35,854 nucleotides of DNA from NCBI GenBank assembly GCA_049999805.1, contig JBNGIO010005637.1, positions 1 to 35,854 of the forward strand, given 5' to 3'. Below, one piece after another: positions 1 to 11,004 of this stretch. The stretch's first letter is position 1, and every line of letters begins with the position of its first letter. This DNA is from Folioceros fuciformis (lineage: Eukaryota). The position numbers were made by a program, and so were the translations under genes. Below the pieces are notes generated by a model. It was not told the DNA's origin and ran no database searches. It saw nothing but the letters and a program-made list of their open reading frames with translations.

Positions 1-773
1 GGGAGTCAGTCTGTCACTTCGTGAGCTCTTGGAGGTACTCTCTACATGAGCTCTTGTGGTCTGTCCTTACTTGGTTTAGGACCTGCAATGTGTTGCCGGC
101 TATGCAACGTCTGGTAGGATCGCAAGCCGCGTGTTGCCGGTTGTACAGTGTCTAGTAGGATCACAAGGTGTAATGACCAGGGTGAAGGGCCTTGCCCTTA
201 GCTCTTGATTGTAAAGGATGTGTCTTTCTCTTGACCTGTCCACTCTTGTTCCCTGTTTGGACAAGTGCTGTAGGCCGGTCATGTTTCATGGCATCTGGTA
301 AGGTTGTGGGGAGGAGATATTCAAGAGGGGAGTGTGTTCCCTTCTTTCTTTTCTTTGGGGTTAGTCCAGTGCCTCTTGCCGGGTGGGAGGAGTTAGTAGG
401 GAAGTGTAGAGGGTAGTGGTGTCGTTGTTGGTTGCTGGTGTTGGTGTTGGAGCGAGAGAGTGAGTGAGTGAGTGAGGGAAGTCACAGATCTAAGAGGTCA
501 GGGTCGTTGTAGTGATTGGAGTGAGTTTGTGGGCACCAAGAGAGGTACAGCTGACCGCTGGACAGCAAGGCCTGTCCTACGCCTAATCAGAGCTGGAGGG
601 GAGCCCTCGAATCCATCATCAAGTCGATTGAGTCCGACCCTCCATCCACAACAGCAAGGAACCCCATCGCTCCTTTGTGGGAACGGAACCCAATGTCTCA
701 ACGACAGTGGGATAAGTGTGGCCACTAAAGGGGGAACCCATCGGCAATCAGTGCCCGGGGTTTTGCCTCCACA
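1..773. mobile_element. Probable LTR fragment of another retroelement inserted in the gag of Copia element 1 (runs off the window)
   Basis: Non-coding, with a 41-bp tandem duplication (~90-167) and (GAGT)n at ~458-475. It ends ...GCCTCCACA at 773 (TGTGG start on the - strand), and the Copia gag frame is open from 774. No second LTR or TSD is visible, so the boundary is inferred. Confidence 0.4.
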
Positions 774-3700
774 CCCATAAACACTAATATGAGGCCTCCT
801 CAATCGGTAAAACATCCTGGTAATTGCCACTGGTGTGGGATTGCGGGGCATTGGGCAAGAGATTGCAGAAGAAAAAGGGCAAGTGAGCCACAGCGTGTAC
901 AGAAGACAGTTGCAACAGTATCAGCCAAGCAAAAGAATCAAGGTGACACTAAACCATCCGTGAAGATCCTTACAGTATGCTTGGCCCATACTTTTGCCCC
1001 AGAGGATATTTGATATCTGGACTATGGGGCAACTTCACATATCTACAGAAACAAAAATCAATTTTATGAATATACTGCTCCGTATAACAACGAAAGAGTT
1101 CTGTTAGGTGATGAAACCAACAGATTTAGTCTATCTATATTGGGGAGTGGTTCATGTAAATTTATCTTACATGATTGATCCATTCTTACGATGGAGGACG
1201 TACTGTACGTTCCGTCCATGGCTAAGAACCTATTCTCCCTTAGTAAACTCATGCAAACAGGTGAGTATGAGATGCAAGCTGCAAATCGAATTTGTATGTT
1301 CTACCACAAAAACAAACGTTGATTCACAATGTTCAGAGGTGTGATAGAACATGGTTTGTATAAGCTTGATATTTATGCCATTCAGCATAGTGTATCCGCT
1401 GTTACAAAACCATCAATGAAACTTGCTGTCCTATGGCATGCAAGGTTAGGGCACGTCAACAAACGTAAGTTACTTGACATGCCTTTGGAGGATTGCCATG
1501 AAGACAGTCTACCTCAAGTATTCAAGGAGCTACCTCCTTGTGAGGCTTGTATTGTGGCCAAGCAGAAGGAATTGCCATTTCCTCAAACAGCATCTCATCG
1601 TGCTATCGAAATCCTGGAATTAGTCCATGCTGACATTTCTGGAAAAATACAAGTTGCTTCATTAGGGGGAGCAATATATTACCTTTGCCTCACAGATGAT
1701 TTCTCCAGATACACATGGACATACCCAATTCACCTGAAAAGCGACACTTTCACCATTTTTCAGGAATGGCTCTAGATCATTGAATGCCAGACGGGCAAGC
1801 AACTGAAATGTCTTCGCACTGATAACGGTTCCGAATTTGTGAACCATGCCTTCGATTCTTTCCTACAGGAACGAGGAATCCAACGTCAGCTTACTGTTCC
1901 GTACACTCCACAAAAAAACAGAGTTGCTACACGAAAGAATCAAACACTCCCATCCATGACAAGAAGCATGCTATTATGGGCAGGTCTACCACAAACTTTT
2001 TGGGCAGAAGCCATAGTTTCTGCGACCTACATACTGAACAGACTGATTACTAGTTCCCTTACCTCCAAGACACCATACAAGGCATTGTGGCATCGTAAGT
2101 CTAGTGTGCTACACCTTAGAGTTTTTGGTTCCAAGGCTTTTGCTCTCGTTCTAGGGGAGAAACGCAGGAAATTGGATCCTCGAACCCAAGCCCTTGTTTT
2201 TGTGGGTTACAACAAGCAATCCAAAGCGAACAAGTTATATAACTCTGCAAATCAGAAAGTGGTGTTAGCACGATCTGTTACTTTCCTAGAAATTATAGAG
2301 CCAAACCTCTCAGATCATTTAACAAACATCAAACCCTCAAGAGATTTACCTCCCTTTACTTCCGCTCCTGACCCTGTTGATGCAGTTTATCCATCTGAGA
2401 ACGCTGCTGACGATGAATATATTCTTGCCATAGCACCTCTAGAGAATGCTCAGGAGCACCAGCNNNNNNNNNNNNNNNNNNNNNNNNNNNNNNNNNNNNN
2501 NNNNNNNNNNNNNNNNNNNNNNNNNNNNNNNNNNNNNNNNNNNNNNNNNNNNNNNNNNNNNNNGAGATATGTAACTCAGCATCAAGTACAATTCACCTTG
2601 AACCCAAGACGCTTACAGAAGCTTATTCAGGACCCGCAAAAGATAAGTGGAAATTTGTTGTTGATGACGAATACAATTCCCTTGTCAAAAACAACACATG
2701 GACCCTTGTTGATCTACCAAAAGGGAGAAAACCCATATCTTGTAAGTGGGTATTCAAACTAAAATTGAATGCCAAAGGAGAAATAGCAAGATACAAAGCA
2801 AGACTTGTGGCACGAGGGTTTACTCAAGTTGAGGGTCTTGACTACCAAGAAACATTTTCTCCTGTTGTAAGGGCACAGTCGATAAGGATGATATTCGCAC
2901 TTGCTGCTGAATTCGATCTTGACTTGCAGCAAATGGATGTTTGCACAGCTTATCTTTGTGGCTCCCTGAATGAAGACCTGTACATGATCCAACCAGAAGG
3001 TTATGTAGACCCTAAGTATCCAAATAAAGTTATGAAGCTATTGAAAACTATCTACGGGCTAAAACAGAGTGGGAGAGTTTGGTAGTACCTTACCATCCAT
3101 GAACATTTATTGAATAACTCCTTTGTTCAAAGTGCTGCTGATGAAAATGTTTACAAACTCTCCAAAGGCTCAGGATACGTGATCTTGGCTATATATGTCG
3201 ATGATGTGATCCTTGCAACAAATGATCAGTCTCTGTTGATACAAGTAAAGGAGATGCTTAGCAATAAATTTGAAATGAAGGATATAGGTGAATTGAGATT
3301 CTGTCTAGGCATTCAGCTTCTCAGAGTTAGATCTGAAGGGTTATTGATCATACACCAGTACCAATATATACAAGAAATGCTGACACGTTTTAAGCTAGAA
3401 CAAGCACATTTAGCAGCCACACCAATATCCATGGGGGTCAAACTTACCAGCTTACAATGCCCCCAAGGACATGAGGAGATTAAGGAAATGGCCACAATCC
3501 CCTATCGACAGGCTGTTGGGAGCCTCTTGTTTATTGCGAACTAGACACGTCCTGATATACAATATGCAATTAGTACATTATCTCAGTTCCTAGAAAATCC
3601 AGGTCATACGCATTGGGTAGCGACCAAGAGAGTGTTTAGGTACCTGAAAGGAACATAATTTTATGGTCTAGCATACAAGTCAACAAGGACGAATAAACTT

Positions 3701-4160
3701 ATCCTTACAAGTTTTACTGATGCTGATTGGGCATCAGATAGTAACTCCAGACGGAGTCTTTCCGCTTATTGCTTCATGCTTTCATCAGCTACTATCACCT
3801 GGAGCAGTAAGAAACAAGCTTCAGTTGCCTTATCATCGACTGAAGCAGAATACAAGAGCTTAACTGAAGCTTCAAAGGAACTGGAATGGGAGCAAACCTT
3901 TCTTGTAGACTTGGGACAAATACAAGATGAGCCCACTTCATTATTATGTGATAATATGTCCGCCCTTGATTTGGTTGCCCATCCCAAATTTCATGCTAGA
4001 ACCAAACATATTGAAATTCAGCATCACTACATCAGAGATGTGGTTGAAAGAGGAATAGCAACAGTAGGGTATGTTCCTACTCATGAAAATACTGCCGACA
4101 TCCTAACTAAAGGTCTATAAAAAACTAAGCACTATCAACATATGGAGGGTTTATAGGCAT
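774..4160 (+). pseudogene. Copia gag-pol polyprotein remnant (element 1)
   Basis: CCHC knuckle CHWCGIAGHWARDC (825-866); protease I*YLDYGATSHI (~1008-1043); LWHARLGH pre-integrase; integrase LELVHADISG...LRTDNGSEF...PYTPQ; RT RYKARLVARGFTQ...YGLKQSGR...YVDD (3194-3205); RNase H FTDADWA...SSTEAEY...RTKHIEI...ADILTK. Many stops and frameshifts. Confidence 0.95.
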
Positions 4161-4451
4161 GACAGACTTCTACAATAAGTCTCAAAATATGTAGTCCCCC
4201 TCCTTGATTCTTGGCAACTAGCCTTGATTCACAATGATCCCTCTACAGTTCGTCAACTTAAGAGCATGAGAAAGGACACTTTATTCCTGATGAAGTTTCC
4301 CCCTTCTCAGTTTTCTTGGCCACAGGAGCTTCAATAGAGGGCCTCGTATGACCAGTTTCCTGTGACATAAGTTTTTTGGTTAATAGCCTGTGTTAGAGTT
4401 ACAATGATAGTAGATCATTCAACAACAGGTGGATGCAGCGTAAGCGAATAA

Positions 4452-4862
4452 TCAAATCACCTGCTGTTGAACGGTTATGGTTGGAGCTTCATTAGTGATG
4501 ACAAACTGGTGTAGATGCCGGAGCGCAAACCAGTTGCTCACCTCCTCCTCTTCTCCCCCGCTTAGGTCAAGGTTGTCATCTTTCAAGATGGGGTCGGCGC
4601 AATCAGAAGATACGGAGTCTCCTTCATCTGCAAACAGGTGCCACGAAATCTCAGAGATAATAGCCCGTCTCACCCTATAGTTTCGCAAGGCTTGTTTCAT
4701 GTCAGCTGGTGGTGATGGCCATGCCACGAGACGTGTCTCTGCAGATGCCTCTCCTATCTTGGTCCGTTTCTTTTTGGGGCGATCCTCGTGACTCTCCTGA
4801 AGTTCCCTGCTGCTTTTCGTCATTCTGATATGTGTTGAGATGCACGTCCTCACTGCGCATCT
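4452..4862 (-). CDS. Putative antisense extra ORF in the 3' region of Copia 1 (function unknown, open into the gap)
   Basis: At least 133 codons with no stop up to the gap at 4864. Contains a basic cluster RPKKKRTK and an acidic patch GGEEEE. No recognisable domain. Confidence 0.3.
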   Translation of the reverse strand, partial: RCAVRTCISTHIRMTKSSRELQESHEDRPKKKRTKIGEASAETRLVAWPSPPADMKQALRNYRVRRAIISEISWHLFADEGDSVSSDCADPILKDDNLDLSGGEEEEVSNWFALRHLHQFVITNEAPTITVQQQVI

Positions 4863-4968
4863 CNNNNNNNNNNNNNNNNNNNNNNNNNNNNNNNNNNNNN
4901 NNNNNNNNNNNNNNNNNNNNNNNNNNNNNNNNNNNNNNNNNNNNNNNNNNNNNNNNNNNNNNNGGTTT

Positions 4969-4977
4969 AAGAGGGAG
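4969..4977 (+). promoter_or_regulatory. Polypurine tract (PPT)
   Basis: AAGAGGGAG immediately before the LTR start TGTGAAAG. Confidence 0.75.
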
Positions 4978-5198
4978 TGTGAAAGCGTTTTGAATAAACC
5001 CTAACTTGCCGGGTTAAGCCAATAGGTGCATCTTTTCATTTTAAGCCTAGGTTATTGTATTTAAGCTGAGACGCACTTGTTATTATGGATGACTACTGAT
5101 GGAACATATATAGTTGTATATATCAAACAATAGATATATTTTTATTTACAAGTAATAAAATTCAAATGAATAAACAAATGCATTATTAGATTTTGTCA
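4978..5198 (+). repeat. 3' LTR (~221 bp), probably of Copia 1
   Basis: Starts TGTGAAAG after the PPT, is AT-rich, and ends TTTTGTCA exactly where the Copia 2 RNase H frame is cut. Confidence 0.75.
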
Positions 5199-8019
5199 AT
5201 TCTTCACCAACTGGATAGCACTATGGCTATCACAATGCGACACTGGTAGCTCAACCTTGATCCCCAAATCTCCCACTAAACGAGCAAGCCACATGGCTTC
5301 CTTGCACGCCTCGGTTGCTGCAACATACTCGGCTTCGGTGGTAGATAGCGTTATGCACGATTGCAAACGAGATCGCCATGAGACTGCCTCTCCAGTGCAC
5401 ATGAAGACATAACCTGATATGGACCTCCTTTTGTCCATATCCCCTGCATAATTAGCATCCGTATATCCCACGATAGATGCATCTTCACTACCAAAACATA
5501 AGCACAAAGCTTTTGTACCATTCAAGTACCTCATAACTCCTTTCACTACCTCCCAATGCTTCCTGCCAGGGTTTGACATAAACCTGCTAACCACTCCCAC
5601 TGCAAAAGCAATGTCAGGACGTGTAGCAATCATTGCATACATCAAACTCCCTACAGCTGATGAGTATGGAACCTTCTCCATTTAGCTTTATCCTCCGCAA
5701 AACTTGGGCAATCCTTGCTTGAAAGTTTCACATATGGAGGTAACGGAGTACTCAATACCTTCCCCTTCTCCATGTTGAAACGTTGAAGCACCTTGTTAAT
5801 GTATTCAATCTAAGACAAGTAAAGCAAATGCTTCTGTCTGTCTCGACGAATACGCATGCCAAGAATATGGCTTGCCTCTTCCAAGTCTATCATGTCAAAG
5901 CGAGCATTCAACTTTGATTTCGACACTAAAATTTCATCACTACTATTCCCAGCAATTAGCATATCATCCACTTAAAGGACCAGAATGAGCAAGCTTCCAT
6001 CCTGAGCTTGCTTCATATAGAGGCAATGATCCTCTTCGCTACGCTTATGGCCTTGAGAAAGCATAAATGAGTGGAACTTGTAATACCACTCCCTAGGTGC
6101 CTGCTTCAAACCGTAAAGGCTCTTCTTTAACCTGCACACCAGATTCTCTTTGCCTTTCTCAATGAAACCCTTTGGTTGCTGCATGTATACCTCTTCATGG
6201 AGATCACCATGCGGAAATGCCGACTTCACATCCATCTGGACAAAGTTCTATGTCATTCCTCGCAACCAGAGCAAGAACACCTCGCAAGGTGGTGATTTTG
6301 ACAACTGGTGAGAAAATCTGATCAAAGTCAATACCTTGCTGTTGCTTAAAACCCTTAGCAACCAATCGTGCCTTGTACTTGGGTTTGCCATAATGAAGTA
6401 TGTCTTTCATCTTATACACCCATTTGCATGGCAACGCCTTCTTGCCCCTAGGCAACCGAACGAACTCCCAAGTTTGGTTCTTATGAAACGAATCCATCTA
6501 CGACTGCATCGCCTTCTCCTACCTGTCCTTGTCAGTCACTAACATGGCCTCTTGATAACAAGAGGGGTCCCCATAATCCGTCAGCATGACATAATCACGA
6601 GATGCAACATACCTGTCAGGAGGATGTGAAATCCTTCTTGACCTACGAAGCACTAGCGCCTCGACCGAAGGTGGTTGCACCCTCTCCTCTTCTACAAGTA
6701 GAGGAACTTGTTCCTGCACATCACGACGTTCAACTTGCGCGGGACAGTCAAGTCCATCTTCTTGGAAGACCACCCGTCGCACCTCCACAGTTGGAGTAGG
6801 CTTCTTGTGTATCTTGGTCTCATTGAAGAACACGTCATTGCTGCGAACCACCCTCTTGGCCTCTAGATCCCATAGACGGTATCCCATCTCCCAAGATTCA
6901 CCATAGCTAAGAAAATACATTTTCTTGACTTGGGAGCCAACTTGTCCCGAAACTCCTTCGGAACATGGTAGTATGCCTCGCAGCCAAACACTTGTAGATG
7001 CTTGTAAGACGGCTTCTTTCCAGGCCACATCTCCTCTGGAACTTGCTCATCCATAGCCCTATTAGGAGATCTGTAAATAAGATGCACCGCAGTAGTCACT
7101 GCTTCTGCCAAAAATCTGTTAGGCAATCCACACTTTGACAACAAACTACGCATCCTCTCATGGATGGTCCTGTTCAACCGTTCAACCATACCATTTTGGG
7201 GAGAAGTATACGGGGCAGTCAATTCTCTCTTGATTCCCTTGGAATCACAGAATGACTGGAAAGCCTTCGAAACATACTCTCCCCCATTGTCTGTCCTTAG
7301 ACACTTCAATCGAAGGCCAGAATGATTCTCCACAAGAGTGACGAATTTCTGAAACACTTTCAGAACATCATCCTTTCTCCTTAAAGGATAAACCCACACC
7401 TTGCGTGAGAAATCATCTATGAAAGTGATAAAATAGGATGCACCGCCTAATGATACAGTGGGCATAGGTCCACAAACGTCACTGTGAACCAATTCAAGAG
7501 GTTTACTTTTGTGTTTTCCTCTTGCTCCATTTGGTGACTTCATTTGTTTTCCATTCAAACAGTGCTCACACACGGAGAAATTAGAGAAGTCAAAAGCAGG
7601 GACGTAACCAAAATGAGATAGGATCTCCAATCCTTTTTGAGACATATGTCCTAACCGACAATGCCACAAGGAAACACTTGGCTATTCCGTTACACAAATT
7701 ACATGATCCTTGATAGTGGTTACCTGAAGTGAGTACAAAGTGCCACACTTCGATCCACGAGCTAACATAAGAGAACCTTTGGAGAACCAAACTGTGGTAA
7801 CCAACGTCATCCAACTGCCTTGCGCTAATCATGCTTTTTGTCAACTTCGGAACATGCCTAACATCCTTCAGTACAAATGAAGACCCATTGTCAAACTTCA
7901 GCGGCACATCACCAATGCCTACAATTTTGCATGCGTAGTTATTTCCAAGCCGAACACATCCTTTCTTAGTAGCATCATAGGTGCTAAACCACTCCCTATG
8001 CGGAGTAACATGGAAAGAT
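5199..8019 (-). pseudogene. Copia 2 pol remnant: protease C-part, integrase, RT, truncated RNase H
   Basis: FHVTPHREWF; WHCRLGHMS; LELVHSDVCGP...LRTDNGGEY...PQNGMVER; YKARLVAKGF; YGLKQAPREW; RT YVDD mutated to *VDD (stop at 5972-5974); RNase H GYTDANYAGD...STTEAEY...DSHSAIQLVKN, then truncated. Confidence 0.95.
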
Positions 8020-9459
8020 AACAAAGTCTAACCCAAATGGGCGGATTCCACAAAGCCCATTTTGCGCTTTTTAAATTTGTCTTGATCCGAACCCCATATC
8101 AACCTTTGATCTCTTTTCACAAACAATAAGGCCACCGACATGTATGCGTATATTATTTATTCACCAAATATCAATAAAAACAAAATAAATGCAGTAAACA
8201 TTGTGAGTCTTCTACGCGAAACTTGATATTTAACAATTGAAACATATGGTGTGCCGGTCAACCAGCGCATAAGCTATTCAAAATACTTCATGTTCTAGTA
8301 AAGGACGAGTTCAAGTTAAGTCTCACAAAAACTGGGTCATCCTGGTTGGCCTCGGAACTGTATGCAATATACCAGTGTGCCGGTCGCTTGGGTCGGGATT
8401 TTGTATATTCGGTTGTACAATAGACCGGTGTATACAATATACCGGATTTTGTATATTCGGTCTATCGGCGCACTCCTGCTGGCTCGGGCTCCAGTGCATT
8501 AGTAGACCGGCGCACTCGGGCAGCCGACAAGGGCAGAAGTGCTCCGGTAGACCGGCGCACTCGGGCAGTCGGCTAAGGCAGAAGTGCGTCGGTAGACCGG
8601 TGCACTCGGGCAGCCGGCTAGGGCAGAAGTGCACTAGGTGACTGGCGCACTTTTGGAGCTCTAGGGTAGTCCCAGACTAGACTTCAACGGCCTGTCCAAC
8701 CATCTCTTGAACGGCAGCATCCCGCCGGAAGCACGCGCCTCCTCGAGTCGCACCATGCTGCTGATCGGCAACAACCAATTTTCCGGCCCGCCAAAAACAG
8801 CTTCCCTCCCGAACGAGGACTCTGATTCGCAGAAACCTATACATCCTCAATCGCGACCAGGATACACTGCTGCCTAAAAATAACGAAAACTTGTTAGACG
8901 TTTAGATAAAAGTATTAAGTACAAACTGGTATGATAACTTTTGTATGTAGCGGCATGCAAGTTTCGCTTTCCACTTGCCATTTATGTGACTTTGGTATTG
9001 TGCGACCGGTCAACCGGCGCACTTTACCAAAGTGTGTGCCGGTCTACCGGTGCACTTCCGCTTGTTTTAGGCCGGTTGACTGGCAGTCTATCCCGCAACC
9101 CTTTTTGGAAAATGCCAACAGATAGTGACGGGTGATAGGGTTTCAAGAATAGGGTTAACTAATATGAGGTATAGCTCAAACACGCAGGACCTTACATGGA
9201 ATCAAGTAACACTTGAATTACGTGATACCCGCCATATTACGGAGTTTTGCCATGTATTTGAATACAAGGACACCCCAAAATTTGCTTATACTTTTCAAAA
9301 AACTAATATTTATGGTTGTACGCAACACTCTTTTAGGCCACATTTATACATCTCTTGACAAAAACACATGAAAATACGGAAATCTGACTCGAATTTTGAA
9401 CGTCAAAATCTCGCGAATCCCGAAATGGCGGAATCCACCCGTCTCGGTTAGACCTTGTT
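8020..9459. mobile_element. Non-autonomous TIR DNA element (1,440 bp), superfamily unassigned
   Basis: Left end AACAAAGTCTAACCCAAATGGGCGGATTCC matches the reverse complement of the right end AACAAGGTCTAACCGAGACGGGTGGATTCC at 25/30. Flanked by AGAT (8016-8019, 9460-9463). Removing it plus one AGAT restores protease WIIDSGAS-FHVTPH in frame. Confidence 0.9.
8494..8650. repeat. 45-bp tandem repeat (~3.5 copies) containing a 22-bp imperfect palindrome
   Basis: Palindrome copies start at 8494, 8539, 8584 and 8629, e.g. GTGCTCCGGTAGACCGGCGCAC. Confidence 0.9.
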
Positions 9460-10385
9460 AGATGCTCCAGAGTCAATTATCCAATTAGAGAATAAGTGAC
9501 TCTCCACGGTTGTCAGTTGTGCAGAATCAAAGAAAGAAGAGATAAGAACATCTCCATCATCAACAAAATTCACCTCGTCACGCTTGATACTTGGACTTGC
9601 CTTGTTGTCGCTCTGCTTCTTCTCCTTTCCTTTATCCTTCTTGAACTTCTCGTAGTCCGTTCTGATGTGACCCTTCTTGTGACAATGGTAACGCTTAACA
9701 TTATTACGACTACGAGATTTGCTACAGGAAAGACTTCGTTCCTTGTACTTCCCCTTTGAAGTGGACCTTCCTCTCACCATGAGGGCATTGGAACCTTTCG
9801 AAGGTTCCATATTCTTCATGTTCACCTCTTTTGTCAACAGGCTACCTTCTACATTTACAACGGTAGGACCACTGGCAGGAGCGGAATTACTCAGAACTGT
9901 ATGAAAGGTGTCCCAACTCTCTGATAATGTGACCAACAGAAACATAGCTCTCACGGAATATGGGAACGAGATACCTTGAGATGAGAGCTGGCTGAAAATG
10001 GTATTGAACTCATTCAGATAATCGGACATCCTCGTCCCTTCCTTCATCTTCAAGTCCACTAGCTGTTTCAACCAGTACACCTAAGAAGCCGCACTTTGCT
10101 TCTCATACAGTCACACAACTTCTTCCATAACTCGTAACTTGTGGTCTCGTCTTTCACATTGAAGTAGACCAACTTCGACAATGTTAACATGATGGTAGAT
10201 CTAGCAAGCTCATCTAGATCCTGCCACTCATCCTGAGTCATGCAAACAGGTTTCACTCCCAGGAGCTTCATGAGCTTGATCTGTTTCTTCTGTACTAGAA
10301 CATTATACACTTATTCTTTCCAGAATGGGAAGTTAGTACCATCTAACTTCTCGATATTGAACATGACGTTTTCTGAGGACGTCAT
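9460..10385 (-). pseudogene. Copia 2 gag and protease N-part remnant
   Basis: ATG at 10385: MTSSENVMFNIEKLDGTNFPFWKE*; UBN2-type gag (LKMKEGTRMSDYLNEFNTIFSQL...LLVTLSESWDTF); decayed knuckle RYHCHKKGHIRTDY; WIIDSGAS. Confidence 0.93.
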
Positions 10386-10711
10386 GTTTCAAAATCAATG
10401 CAAATCAAGCAAAATGCTACTTAGAAATTGTCGGAATGTAATGTAGATTCTGTTACCCTCACTCTCGTTCTGAATCGGCTGTCCACAAGCCGACTAGACG
10501 GGCCTAAATCCTTCGATTGAGATCTCGCTGCCTCGCGGCTGGGATCCCAGCTAGCCTGCGCTCGCTTCGTTCGCACCCGCGTCGCTTGCGTCACTCGCAC
10601 CTCAACTTCCTCGATGTCCGTGCTCCAGCGCCCTATCGTATGCGATGCTCGTTGGCCTAACTGGCCCGACGGCCCAATGGTTGCACCTATGTCGCCCGCT
10701 GGCCCGCGCTT

Positions 10712-10723
10712 GCTTTGATACCA
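10712..10723 (-). promoter_or_regulatory. Primer-binding site (tRNA-iMet type)
   Basis: The - strand reads TGGTATCAAAGC (canonical TGGTATCAGAGC, one mismatch), 2 nt after the LTR end. Confidence 0.9.
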
Positions 10724-10725
10724 GT

Positions 10726-11004
10726 TGAAGGATCGCTAGAGGAGCCACCTGGTGAAGGAGGAGGGGAGGAGAGGAGGAAGAGAGGTTACACTCTCACAAT
10801 GTCTCACATTGCAAGGGAGCTCAAGGGGGTATTTATACCCTCTAGAAAAGCTCCCAAGGAAGCTTCACAAGAAGCGCATAGGAAGCTGCGCAAGAAGCTT
10901 CCTACAGATTATCTTAAGCTAATCTACACTAATGATACTTAACTAGACACTAATCTTAGACTAAACACATTAGTCTAAGCACATTGGGCTTTAATAACCC
11001 TACA
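10726..11004 (-). repeat. 5' LTR of Copia 2 (279 bp)
   Basis: TGTAGGG...CCTTCA on the - strand, TATAAATA at 10837-10830, adjacent PBS, homologous copy at 11750-12043. Confidence 0.92.

Larger units (their letters stand above)
774..5198 (+). mobile_element. Ty1/Copia LTR retrotransposon 1, degenerate, 5' part missing from the window
   Basis: Copia domain order gag-PR-IN-RT-RH, followed after a gap by a PPT and an LTR. Two N gaps lie inside, so the link between the coding part and the LTR is assumed. Confidence 0.88.
5199..11004 (-). mobile_element. Ty1/Copia LTR retrotransposon 2 (Tnt1-like organisation), degenerate, interrupted in protease and RNase H
   Basis: 5' LTR 11004-10726, tRNA-iMet PBS, GC-rich leader, then gag-PR-IN-RT-RH on the - strand. 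The 3' end is displaced by the insertion at 5198. Confidence 0.93.

Noticed and set aside
4191-4206. Purine tract on the - strand (AAGGAGGGGGA) as the PPT of another element
   Set aside because: It is not followed by a TG LTR start and no matching LTR is present.
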